Shown piece after piece: positions 1 to 7,600 of a stretch of DNA of 14,894 nt. The stretch spans positions 1 to 14,894 of the forward strand of contig JAZDJS010000004.1 in assembly GCA_043803745.1 (NCBI GenBank). The letters are read 5' to 3'. Made by a program: the position numbers and the translations under genes. The DNA is from an archaeon (GTDB lineage Archaea; SpSt-1190; DYHY01). A model generated the notes under the pieces. The model did not search any database, was not told the origin of the DNA, and worked only from the letters and a program-made list of their open reading frames with translations. How positions within the stretch are numbered: the first letter of the stretch is position 1; each line of letters begins with the position of its first letter.

Positions 1-5
1 CAAGG

Positions 6-12
6 AAAAAAA
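6..12 (-). terminator. Possible oligo-T terminator downstream of the histone gene
   Basis: A7 on the + strand is T7 on the - strand, about 40 nt after the histone stop codon; archaeal intrinsic terminators are typically U-tracts. Confidence 0.3.
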
Positions 13-52
13 GCGAAATCGCGAAAAGAACGAATCCCCAGACCATTTCCAG

Positions 53-289
53 CTAGTCCCAGAGTTCCTTTATTGCGCGGTTTATGTCCGCAGCAGTGAC
101 CGACTTGCGCTTTTCGGTTTGGGAATAGAGGATTGCCTGCCTGGAAATCTCAATTGCGAGTATCTCAAGAAGCGAGAGAAGGGTTTCCTTTGCATCCTCG
201 GAAACCCGGAGCTCCGGGGCGCTCTTCCGGAAGATCTCGTCAATCCGCGACCTGGGGAAGTCCTTCTTTGTTCCTTGTTGTCGTGCCAC
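53..289 (-). CDS. Archaeal histone (HMf-like histone fold), divergent
   Basis: 78 aa with the HMf pattern FPRSRIDEIFRK...RVSEDAKETL...A..I...A....KRKSVTAADI..A; GTG start with a TATA-like element about 23-30 nt upstream. Confidence 0.85.
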   Translation of the reverse strand: MARQQGTKKDFPRSRIDEIFRKSAPELRVSEDAKETLLSLLEILAIEISRQAILYSQTEKRKSVTAADINRAIKELWD

Positions 290-311
290 GGGACCTCCGC
301 GCGAATCCGGG

Positions 312-319
312 TTAATAAA
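312..319 (-). promoter_or_regulatory. TATA box for the histone gene
   Basis: TTTATTAA on the - strand, 23-30 nt upstream of the GTG start in GC-rich context. Confidence 0.5.
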
Positions 320-343
320 GATTGGCGGGGAGGGGCGTTGTGC

Positions 344-1225
344 TCAGGCGGTCGTCACGGTCACTTTCCCGCCGGAAACAAGGAAAGTGTGCTCGGCCTG
401 GGCAACGACTCCGCCGGATTTTTCCTGCAGAACGGGATAATTGTGGGCTGCCCCTGAAAGGACGAGACGTTTCAGGATTGGCAGGTCTTCCTCTGGGACC
501 CATCTCGATGTGAACGGAAGCGTTGAGAATTTTCCCCTGAGCCTCGCGAAAAGTTCGCGCTCGATTGGGAGCCGCAGCTTCCTTTCCGGAACAATGAGAT
601 ATATTTCCGAAGGCGCGCCGTTCTCGACATAGCCGTCCCCGTCCGTTGCGAAAGGCTCTATTGCAACCGCGCATTCGCCTGGAATCTCCCCCCTGCCGCT
701 GCGGTAGTTAGGGACTGAAAGCCCTGCATGCAGGTCGAATCTCTTCAGGAGGTGCCCGGTCAGGTTGTAGATCGGCTTGAATCCGCGGGAGGTTATCGCT
801 TCCTCTATTACGGCGCCTATTTCCGAAACGGCAACCCCGGGTCCGATTGCTCTCCCCACGGCGGCAAGGGCTGCGCCCGCGGCAATCTTCATTTCGGCGT
901 GTTTCGGGTTGTCTGAGAGAACTTTCGTGACAGCGGTATCCGCAACAAACCCATTGACGCTGACCCCGAGGTCGAGCTTGACAACATCGCCGTCCTTGAA
1001 TATCGCCGGGTCGGCCCGCCTGGGGGTGTAATGGGCTGCCGCCGAATTCGTTGAAATGTTTGTCGGGAAAGCAGGGCTGCCGCCGAGCCGCACAATTTCC
1101 GATTCGACGAACTCCGCGACCCTTAGGAGGGATGCGCCAACCGAAATTTTCCCATATCCGGAAGCCCTTGCAGCGGAAGCTATCCTCCCGGCCTTCAGAT
1201 ATGCTTCAAATTCCTCGGATTCCAT
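344..1225 (-). CDS. map: Type II methionine aminopeptidase
   Basis: Motifs AFPTNIS, AAHYTP, KLDLGVSVNGFVADTAVT, NLTGH, LHAGLSVPN, AIEPFAT and AQAEHT, plus the helical insert of type II MetAP; 293 aa. Confidence 0.96.
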   Translation of the reverse strand: MESEEFEAYLKAGRIASAARASGYGKISVGASLLRVAEFVESEIVRLGGSPAFPTNISTNSAAAHYTPRRADPAIFKDGDVVKLDLGVSVNGFVADTAVTKVLSDNPKHAEMKIAAGAALAAVGRAIGPGVAVSEIGAVIEEAITSRGFKPIYNLTGHLLKRFDLHAGLSVPNYRSGRGEIPGECAVAIEPFATDGDGYVENGAPSEIYLIVPERKLRLPIERELFARLRGKFSTLPFTSRWVPEEDLPILKRLVLSGAAHNYPVLQEKSGGVVAQAEHTFLVSGGKVTVTTA

Positions 1226-1867
1226 TTATCGCCTAAACAACTCCTGTGGAATTCGGGCTTCTTGCGCTCTTTGCCGTTTTTCCGAAAAATGCCTCCCCCA
1301 GATTTCCGCGAGCTTTTCCGCGGAGTACGCCCCTTCCCGGAGAATTTTCCCGGTTGAGACGTTCATAAGGGTCGACGGCTTCCCGTATTTGCAGGCTCCC
1401 GGAACAACCGAAAGTATGCCTAGTTCCCGTTCGACTTGGCTCGCTGATGTTGCCGGCCTCTTGCCCGCCGGATTCGCGCTCGTTGATGTAATTGCCCCGA
1501 CTGATTTCGCGAGCGCCCTTGCAAGCCGGTTAGCTGGAATCCGTATTCCGACAAGGTCGCTTCCTCCGGTGATTTCGGGGGGAACCGTCGCCTTCCTTTT
1601 CAGGAGGACTGCTACGGGGCCCGGAAGGATTTCCCGGAGGAATGCAAGCTGCCCTCTCGTAGCGTGCGCATATTTCGGTATTGAGCGGACGCCTGGCAGG
1701 GCTATCAGGAAAGGCTTTTTCCCGTCCCGCCCCTTCAGCTTCTTAAGGCGCCCGATTGCGGCGAGGTTGTCAATCCGCACTCCGAGACCGTACAGCGTTT
1801 CGGTCGGATATCCGACTATTCCGCCCTTCTTCAGTATCGCAACGGCCTGCTTGAACGTGACAGCCAT
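1226..1867 (-). CDS. tsaC: L-threonylcarbamoyl-AMP synthase (TsaC/YrdC domain of the Sua5 family)
   Basis: Likely real start is MAVTFKQAV at ATG 1867 within ORF 1226..2470; motifs YPTETLYGLG, KGR, PGPV, GIRIP, STSAN, PST; 213 aa, no Sua5 C-terminal domain. Confidence 0.92.
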   Translation of the reverse strand: MAVTFKQAVAILKKGGIVGYPTETLYGLGVRIDNLAAIGRLKKLKGRDGKKPFLIALPGVRSIPKYAHATRGQLAFLREILPGPVAVLLKRKATVPPEITGGSDLVGIRIPANRLARALAKSVGAITSTSANPAGKRPATSASQVERELGILSVVPGACKYGKPSTLMNVSTGKILREGAYSAEKLAEIWGRHFSEKRQRAQEARIPQELFRR

Positions 1868-1890
1868 TTGGGGAAAATCCTGCTGGGGGA

Positions 1891-1897
1891 TTATAAA
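1891..1897. promoter_or_regulatory. Candidate bidirectional TATA box (TTATAAA) between divergent tsaC and the presenilin-like gene
   Basis: Single AT-rich box in a 51-bp intergenic gap, about 24 nt from ATG 1867 (-) and about 22 nt from GTG 1919 (+). Confidence 0.55.
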
Positions 1898-1918
1898 GGA
1901 TTGTTGGCGGATTCGGAA

Positions 1919-2773
1919 GTGAAGCCGGAAGTCCTCGCTTTCAGCGGGATACTTGTTGCCGCACTCGTCTTTTCCCAATTCGTTGAAGCCGGAAGTTTGG
2001 ACCTTGCCAACTACAGGCCGGAAATACTTTCGGAGCGCCCGGGAGTGGGCGATGTCGGGAGGATTCTCCTGATTGTCTTCGCCGGGACCGCATTCCTTGT
2101 TGTGGCGAAGCTCCTTGGACTGACGCTTCGGATTTTCGTCGAGGCGGGGGCGTTTGCCGGCGCATACTACTTCGTTTCCCCGTTCCTCGGGGATTTTGCG
2201 GGAATTTCCGCCGGAGTGCTGATGGTCGCGCTCAGGGCAACGCCGTACCTGCTCTTCCTGAATCTTTCCGCGGTCCTCTCGATACTTTCGTTCGCATTCC
2301 TCTTCGGAACCTTTCTTTCCTGGAACCTCGTGCTTCTGACAATTTCCGCAATGGCCGTTTATGACGCGGTTGCGGTGCTTTACACCAAGCACATGAAATT
2401 CCTCTGGCTCGGCTCGTTCGGGAACCGGTTCGGGAACCGGTTCGGGGTTTTCGGGGGGCTGATTGAACATCCCAAGTGGCGGGAAACGTTCGCGCTTTTC
2501 TTTCCCAGGAAGGGCGCGCTCTCCGTAATCGGCGCCGGGGATTTTGCGCTCCCCGCAACATTCGTTGTTTCCGTTGCGTCCTCAGGAGGGTTTTACGCAG
2601 GACTGGTCACGGCAGCCTTCCTCGTCCTCTCCTTCCTGCTCCTTGAGAAAATCTCCTCCGATAGCGAAAAAACCTTCGACACGGGAATCCCTGGAATTCC
2701 CCCGATGGCGCTCGGAGCCTGCCTTGCGGCGCTTTTCCTCATTTCATCTGGTGTTCTTCTTCCGGCCTTTTAG
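1919..2773 (+). CDS. Presenilin/signal-peptide-peptidase family (A22, GxGD) intramembrane aspartyl protease
   Basis: Multi-pass hydrophobic protein with AVYDAVAV (YD), HM, IGAGDFALP (GxGD) and IPGIPP (PAL-equivalent). Start is uncertain (TTG 1868/1901/1904 or GTG 1919); 1919 was chosen from TATA spacing. Confidence 0.88.
   Translation: MKPEVLAFSGILVAALVFSQFVEAGSLDLANYRPEILSERPGVGDVGRILLIVFAGTAFLVVAKLLGLTLRIFVEAGAFAGAYYFVSPFLGDFAGISAGVLMVALRATPYLLFLNLSAVLSILSFAFLFGTFLSWNLVLLTISAMAVYDAVAVLYTKHMKFLWLGSFGNRFGNRFGVFGGLIEHPKWRETFALFFPRKGALSVIGAGDFALPATFVVSVASSGGFYAGLVTAAFLVLSFLLLEKISSDSEKTFDTGIPGIPPMALGACLAALFLISSGVLLPAF
2416..2446 (+). repeat. 12-bp in-frame tandem repeat (GTTCGGGAACCG) x about 2.6
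   Basis: gttcgggaaccg gttcgggaaccg gttcggg encodes FGNR-FGNR-FG in the loop between the YD and GxGD helices. Confidence 0.9.
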
Positions 2774-2924
2774 AAACCACAACCGGAGCAAGCAGAGTCC
2801 CTGAAAGGAACACCACAAGCCCGGCATAGAATGCGTGGGCCGGGCTCGCGAACATCTGCCCGGAGAAGAATACAATTATCCCAAGAAGCAGGGAAATCCC
2901 CAGAGCTGTGAGGATGCGCATCAT
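2739..2924 (-). CDS. Small membrane protein (two predicted TM helices)
   Basis: 61 aa with two hydrophobic stretches; ATGA overlap with the upstream Zn-ribbon gene; convergent 35-bp overlap with the protease 3' end. Confidence 0.6.
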   Translation of the reverse strand: MMRILTALGISLLLGIIVFFSGQMFASPAHAFYAGLVVFLSGTLLAPVVVSKRPEEEHQMK

Positions 2925-3136
2925 ATGAAGGACATCCTCCCGCCGAATCCGGAATCCTCGTTGTTGCCGTCGGAAAGCTCCTTTAGCCCGACAAGGTCGA
3001 GGCTCTTGAAAGCCTTCTTGTCCCGCACAACAAGATCGGCACCGCAGTTGTCGCAGGTCAAAACTTCCCCATCATTCCCTTCGAGTTCGGGCATTATCTC
3101 GTCGCCGCAAATCGGACAAACAAGCATGTTCGGCAT
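2921..3136 (-). CDS. LysW-like zinc-ribbon small protein
   Basis: CPICG...GEVLTCDNCGADLVV matches the LysW/ArgW pattern; C-terminus is EDSGFGGRMSFI instead of EDWGE. Confidence 0.7.
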   Translation of the reverse strand: MPNMLVCPICGDEIMPELEGNDGEVLTCDNCGADLVVRDKKAFKSLDLVGLKELSDGNNEDSGFGGRMSFI

Positions 3137-3158
3137 ATGCCGGGTAGTTGGCAGCTGC

Positions 3159-3166
3159 TTTTATAT
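3159..3166 (-). promoter_or_regulatory. TATA box for the LysW-like gene
   Basis: ATATAAAA on the - strand, 23-30 nt upstream of ATG 3136. Confidence 0.5.
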
Positions 3167-3188
3167 TTGCGCTCCCGGGCGGGCCCCG

Positions 3189-5486
3189 TCAGAAAAACCT
3201 CTCGAGCTTCTTCTGGTCCCTGAATAAATCCTCGCCAAAGCCGACCGCGTCCATTATCCTAGTTACCGCGGGAAGGAGCTGGTTCTCGATATAATAGTCC
3301 GCGTCATAGTTCTCAAGAGTGACCTGCTCAATCGGCCTTGCCCTGTGGGAGATGAGCCCCTTGCCCTTCACGATTCCGAACCTGATGACCATTCCCGCCC
3401 TTGCGGGGGTTTTCCCGAGCTTGGCTGCCTCGACGTGCGGGGAAGTCAGCTTGTATTGCCCGGGCTTCTTCGTCAGCTGGGTGTAGATCGTAATGTCGTC
3501 AATCGAAACCGTCCGGTTCTTCAGGGCGGAGACTGCGGCGGAGATCATCTCCCGCGCCTTTTCCGGAGAGCCGTCCCGGAGGATTGCAAGAAGAACCTCC
3601 TCCTGGGTCTTCCGGGCGATTCCCGCCCAATCGCGCCTGATTCTCTCAAGCCCCTTGATGATTATCCGCCCGTCGCCGGTGATCACAGCATATCTTTTCT
3701 TCGTCAGGAAAATCCCGCGGGAATAAACATCCTGAAGCTCTAGCTCCATTTCCCCGGGAAGCGTCCGATTCACTTCGGAAACGAATTTCTCGACGCGCTC
3801 GCGGAAATCCCGCTTGTCGTCCGAGGAGAAGAACGCAGAATCGGTGTCCCCATATATTATCCGGAACCCGGCCTTCTCGGCGGAATCAATCGCGTCCTTG
3901 ACATATTTTCGCCCCCACGCAGCCGTCGAGCGCGCGCCCTCGAATGAATACCACCTCGAGTTCTGGTATCCAAGATATCCGTAGAAGCTGTTTGCAATAA
4001 GCTTCAGCGCGGCCTGCTTCGCGTTGATTGAAACGTAATCGGGCGTTCCCGGCCTCGCCTTCCTCATCGCCTTCTTGAGTTCGGCGCGCTCGCGCACCAA
4101 CTTCTTCAGGGATTCCGGAATCAGCCCGAATTTCTGAAGGCAGAATTGGTCCCCCGCGGGAGAAACGTTCCCGGGGCAGCAGGCGCATTTGCCGAAAGAA
4201 TCGGGATCGATGTTCCTGCTTATTATTATCGAAGGATAGAGGCTCCGGAAATCGCAGGCGGCGACGCTCTCGTGCAAGCCCCTCTCCGGCTCCCTGACGA
4301 ACGCTCCCTCGAACCTCTGCTCGTTCCGCTCCTCGGCGAGTTCTGCTCCCGGCCTGTTGGGAACAATCCTCCCTGAGGAGAATGACTCGTGCACAAGGAA
4401 CCATTCGACAATCTGCCCGCTTGTCATCCTCGAAACGTCGGCGGGGAGGAGGGAAATGAGGTGGGAAAGCTCGATTATCAGCGGGGAGAATTTCCCGGCA
4501 AGCTTCGCCGTAAGGAGCGAGTCCCGGAGCGAGTATTCGAAGAATTGCCCGAGGTCGTTCTTCCGCAAAAGCTCGGGAAGCATTTCAAAGTCGAACGGCG
4601 CTTTCCCCTCCCCGAAAATTTCCTGGCCGACGGCATCTAGGTCAAGGGTCTTGGAGCGGAATGTCGGGTCGTGGCTGATGATATATCTGACGAAAAGGTA
4701 GATGTCAATTACCTGCCGCCCGAAAATCTCGGGGATTGTCCCGCCAAGGCGCCCCCGTTTCCTGAAGGAAAGTTCGCTGCCGTCAATCCCGAGCTTCGCT
4801 TCAATCCCGTTCTTCTTCGCCCTCTGCGAAACGTAGGGAAAGTCGAAATTGTCGGAGTTGTAGCCGGCGACAATGTCCGGGTCAAGCCGGCGGACCGTTG
4901 AGAAGAATTCCTCTATTAGTTCCCCTTCGGATTCGAGCCTTCGGACGTAATCCGGGACCATTTGGGAGCCCTTCGAGGAGAGAACCGCCGATTCCGCCGG
5001 TTTCCCGTCCCTTAGGAAGCAATAGCTTATGAGGATTATTTCATCTTTCTTGGGGTCGGGCATTCCGGGAAGCTGGGCTAACACCTCAATGTCGAAAACC
5101 AGTATTGTCGGCTGCCCGCTGGAGAACGGCTTCAAACCGTTGTCGATCATGAATCTGCGAAGAAAGGGAATCTCTGCCTCGAAAGTCTTGCCTGGAAGCT
5201 TTTCCCTCAGTTCCGGAACCCTTGCAGGGGAGTCTGCGAAAACCTTCAGCAGGGTCTCCTTTCTTCCGGAAATAGTCCGCTCAACATCTTCAAGCCGGAT
5301 GATTCCGTCGACTTTCTCTGGGCGGGCAGGAGGAGGTCCCTTTAGGTAAAAGTACGGAAGAAAATCGGTCACTGTCTCGACGCGCCGTTTGCCGGAGGAA
5401 CCGAAAGCAACGCGGATTTCAGAGGGCTTTGCGCCGAACGATATGTCCGTCAGATTCTCCGGAAGCGCTCCCTTGAGAAAATCCAT
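3189..5486 (-). CDS. polB: Family B DNA polymerase (archaeal PolB3-like) with 3'-5' exonuclease
   Basis: ExoI FDIE, ExoII GYNSDNFDFPY, ExoIII YSLRD; motifs A DFRSLYPSII, B KLIANSFYGY, C YGDTDS; KKRY; KGLE..RRDW; C-terminal PIP box QKKLERFF. Confidence 0.97.
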   Translation of the reverse strand: MDFLKGALPENLTDISFGAKPSEIRVAFGSSGKRRVETVTDFLPYFYLKGPPPARPEKVDGIIRLEDVERTISGRKETLLKVFADSPARVPELREKLPGKTFEAEIPFLRRFMIDNGLKPFSSGQPTILVFDIEVLAQLPGMPDPKKDEIILISYCFLRDGKPAESAVLSSKGSQMVPDYVRRLESEGELIEEFFSTVRRLDPDIVAGYNSDNFDFPYVSQRAKKNGIEAKLGIDGSELSFRKRGRLGGTIPEIFGRQVIDIYLFVRYIISHDPTFRSKTLDLDAVGQEIFGEGKAPFDFEMLPELLRKNDLGQFFEYSLRDSLLTAKLAGKFSPLIIELSHLISLLPADVSRMTSGQIVEWFLVHESFSSGRIVPNRPGAELAEERNEQRFEGAFVREPERGLHESVAACDFRSLYPSIIISRNIDPDSFGKCACCPGNVSPAGDQFCLQKFGLIPESLKKLVRERAELKKAMRKARPGTPDYVSINAKQAALKLIANSFYGYLGYQNSRWYSFEGARSTAAWGRKYVKDAIDSAEKAGFRIIYGDTDSAFFSSDDKRDFRERVEKFVSEVNRTLPGEMELELQDVYSRGIFLTKKRYAVITGDGRIIIKGLERIRRDWAGIARKTQEEVLLAILRDGSPEKAREMISAAVSALKNRTVSIDDITIYTQLTKKPGQYKLTSPHVEAAKLGKTPARAGMVIRFGIVKGKGLISHRARPIEQVTLENYDADYYIENQLLPAVTRIMDAVGFGEDLFRDQKKLERFF

Positions 5487-6148
5487 TTTGCCCAGAGTTT
5501 CCAGGTTCCGATAATAAGCTTTACTGGGTGGACATGGGACTTTTCCCTGCCATATATTGCCTCAATCGGGACCTCTGCAATCCGAAGTCCCTTTGCAACG
5601 GCTTCGAGTATTGTGGAAAGCTCTATCTCATAATGGCTTGATTTGAAGGACAGCTTCGCGAGCGCCCGCCGATTGAACGCCCGGTAGCCGGAAGGCATGT
5701 CTGTTATTTTTTCGCGGGTAATGGCGGAGGTTATTGCAGAAGAAATCCTGTTGGCGAGCTTCCTGTGGCCCGGCATTTTTCCCCTCTTCTTGGCGGAGCG
5801 CGCCAACCTCGTGCCAATGCAGACATCGGCAAGCCCCTTTTTCAGCGGCGCGAGGAGGAAGGGGATTTCCTCCGGATTGTGCTGGCCGTCTGCGTCAAGC
5901 AGGACGAGATATTCGGGGCGGAGCTTTCGAGCGGCGCCTATTCCGGTCAGAAGCGCGGCAGCCTTTCCAAGGTTCTTCCCGTGCCGGATTGCTTTTGCCC
6001 CGGCTGCTTTCGCCAGGCGGAAAGTCCCGTCGGTTGAGCCGTCGTCAACCACAATTACGCGGGAATGCTTTCGGGCAATGCCAACAACCCGGCCGATTGT
6101 TTTTCCCGCCTGATATGCGGGGATTACGGAAACAACCGCGACCACCAT
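5450..6148 (-). CDS. GT2 glycosyltransferase (DPM/DPG synthase-like)
   Basis: VIPAY, VVDDGSTDGT, NLGKAAAL..G, LDADGQH, GTR, D..SGYRAF, EVPI; overlaps the annotated polB start by 37 bp. Confidence 0.93.
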   Translation of the reverse strand: MVVAVVSVIPAYQAGKTIGRVVGIARKHSRVIVVDDGSTDGTFRLAKAAGAKAIRHGKNLGKAAALLTGIGAARKLRPEYLVLLDADGQHNPEEIPFLLAPLKKGLADVCIGTRLARSAKKRGKMPGHRKLANRISSAITSAITREKITDMPSGYRAFNRRALAKLSFKSSHYEIELSTILEAVAKGLRIAEVPIEAIYGREKSHVHPVKLIIGTWKLWAKWIFSRERFRRI

Positions 6149-6155
6149 GGGCGTT

Positions 6156-6665
6156 CTACCAGGGCTCCCGTTTTATCTTCAGGTAATGCCCGAGAATCCC
6201 GAAAAGGCGATGGAACGGGATAACTATCAGCGATAAAAGTGCAACGTCCGAAAGCGTCCAGGAAAAGAAACCAGTTGAATGGGTGAAAACCACTGCGCCA
6301 GCGACAAAATTGAGCTGGTCAAGGAGGAAAATCGGCTTTCCGCGGGGCAGCCCCATGCGCCGCTTTATGAACGCACCGACAACATCGCCGAAAAGGGCTC
6401 CTGTTGAAAGCAGGAATCCCGTGAGCGGAATCCCCTGAAGAAATCCCGTGAGCGTTCCGAAAGCGACTCCGAGGAGGAATCCGAAAAATGACTTGCCATC
6501 TCCGAATATCCGATTGCCGTCCCAGAGTTTCCCTCCGAAATCGAGAGGGGGATTGGGAACCTTCTTGAAAAACTCGCTCCGGGAAAGGACCGGCGCTGCG
6601 TTTGCAACGGCAGCCGGAAGGAAATACCAGAGCTTTCCGATGAAGGTCAGCACAACCGCAGTCAC
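6156..6665 (-). CDS. carS: CDP-archaeol synthase (CDP-2,3-bis-O-geranylgeranyl-sn-glycerol synthase)
   Basis: LPAAVANAAP, PLDFG...DGNRIFGDGKS, GD..GAFIKRRMG..RG, LDQL.F, KIKREPW end; start reassigned to GTG 6665, which overlaps the upstream TGA stop (GTGA). Confidence 0.93.
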   Translation of the reverse strand: MTAVVLTFIGKLWYFLPAAVANAAPVLSRSEFFKKVPNPPLDFGGKLWDGNRIFGDGKSFFGFLLGVAFGTLTGFLQGIPLTGFLLSTGALFGDVVGAFIKRRMGLPRGKPIFLLDQLNFVAGAVVFTHSTGFFSWTLSDVALLSLIVIPFHRLFGILGHYLKIKREPW

Positions 6666-7246
6666 TTGGAGGAACGCCCCTCCCTTTGCATAAGAAGGAA
6701 TGTCGCTCTTTGGAATATTGTCAGAACTGCTGCGGCAATTGTCAGGTAGAGGAGCGGTCCGGCCGGATTGAACCCGAACGGGAGGGATATTGCAAGCGCG
6801 AGGAATGTTACGGCTGTCCGATTCGCCCTTGAGAAAAATCCGAACTTGGCTTTCTTCCCGAAGAGGGCAAGCCCCTGGAGTGAAAGATATGAATTGAAGA
6901 CAAGAAGGATTGCGCAAATCGCGCCGAGAAGCGGCGAGCCGGCGGCGCCCCCAAGTCCCAGGGAAATTGAAACGTCCGAAACCCGGTCGGCAAGGTCGTC
7001 AATCAGGGAGCCCCGCTTCGTAATCCGCCCGTACTTCCGGGCAACAATCCCGTCGAAAAGGTCCGAAAGCGCGTTGAGGAAGATGAATGCAAGCGCGAGC
7101 AAGAATGCCTTCCTCCAAAGGAAGAGCCCGGCAAAAGGACCGGTAAGGAACCCGAACGAGGAAACCAGGTTCGGGGGGACTCTCGGGGCAAGGGGCTCAA
7201 GGAGCTTTTCCCTGATTCTGAATTTCCTGTCTAGTTTTTCAAGCAT
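6662..7246 (-). CDS. CDP-alcohol phosphatidyltransferase (archaetidylinositol-phosphate or archaetidylglycerol-phosphate synthase-like)
   Basis: PN.VS and the signature DLFDGIVAR-x8-GSLIDDLADRVSD; hydrophobic; head-group specificity cannot be determined by eye. Confidence 0.92.
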   Translation of the reverse strand: MLEKLDRKFRIREKLLEPLAPRVPPNLVSSFGFLTGPFAGLFLWRKAFLLALAFIFLNALSDLFDGIVARKYGRITKRGSLIDDLADRVSDVSISLGLGGAAGSPLLGAICAILLVFNSYLSLQGLALFGKKAKFGFFSRANRTAVTFLALAISLPFGFNPAGPLLYLTIAAAVLTIFQRATFLLMQREGRSSK

Positions 7247-7255
7247 TCGCGAAAC

Positions 7256-7600
7256 TCACATCATTTTCAGCTTTCCGGTTACCGCGTCGATTTCGGATTC
7301 CTCCGCGGGGCCTATTCCGACGCAGGTTGTTGTGCCCGGAGCTATTTCGGTGTGCCCGGCATCGACTATTTTCTCGGCGGGAAGTCTTGCCCGCTTCGCC
7401 GAAAGGAAGGTTTCCTCAAGCTCCGAGAGCGTCTGCACCTTCAGGACGACTTTTTTCGCCCCTTCCGACTCCCACTCGGCGCGTGCGGGGGGCTTGCAGT
7501 TCTTGTATGCCGCAAGGGATGCGTGGGCGACCTGGGCGGACATCTTTCCCTTTGAGAGCTTCAAGTCGTCCCTGACGACAATGACCTGCTTCAGAACCAC
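7256..7600 (-). CDS. pth2: Peptidyl-tRNA hydrolase Pth2
   Basis: KQVIVVR.DLKLSKGK..AQVAHA, W..EG.KKVVLKV, DAGHTEI.PGT.T..GIGP, ID.VTG.LK. Confidence 0.96.
   Translation of the reverse strand: MVLKQVIVVRDDLKLSKGKMSAQVAHASLAAYKNCKPPARAEWESEGAKKVVLKVQTLSELEETFLSAKRARLPAEKIVDAGHTEIAPGTTTCVGIGPAEESEIDAVTGKLKMM

Noticed and set aside
1226-1867. Missing Sua5 C-terminal domain as a sign of a pseudogene
   Set aside because: Single-domain TsaC is a known functional variant, also present in archaea, and the catalytic motifs are intact.
1056-1922. Long + strand ORFs (1056..1922, 6768..7604, 12372..12977 and similar)
   Set aside because: Antisense to well-supported genes in GC-rich DNA, with no recognisable motifs.
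1868-2470. 201-aa N-terminal extension of TsaC in ORF 1226..2470
   Set aside because: Antisense shadow of the hydrophobic protease gene; TsaC homology starts at 1867.
3189-5486. Intein or catalytic inactivation in PolB
   Set aside because: At 765 aa with contiguous, intact motifs A, B, C and Exo I-III, there is no sign of either.
6666-6917. N-terminal extension of CarS
   Set aside because: Overlaps the CDP-alcohol phosphatidyltransferase gene in another frame; the GTGA-coupled start at 6665 fits the family length.
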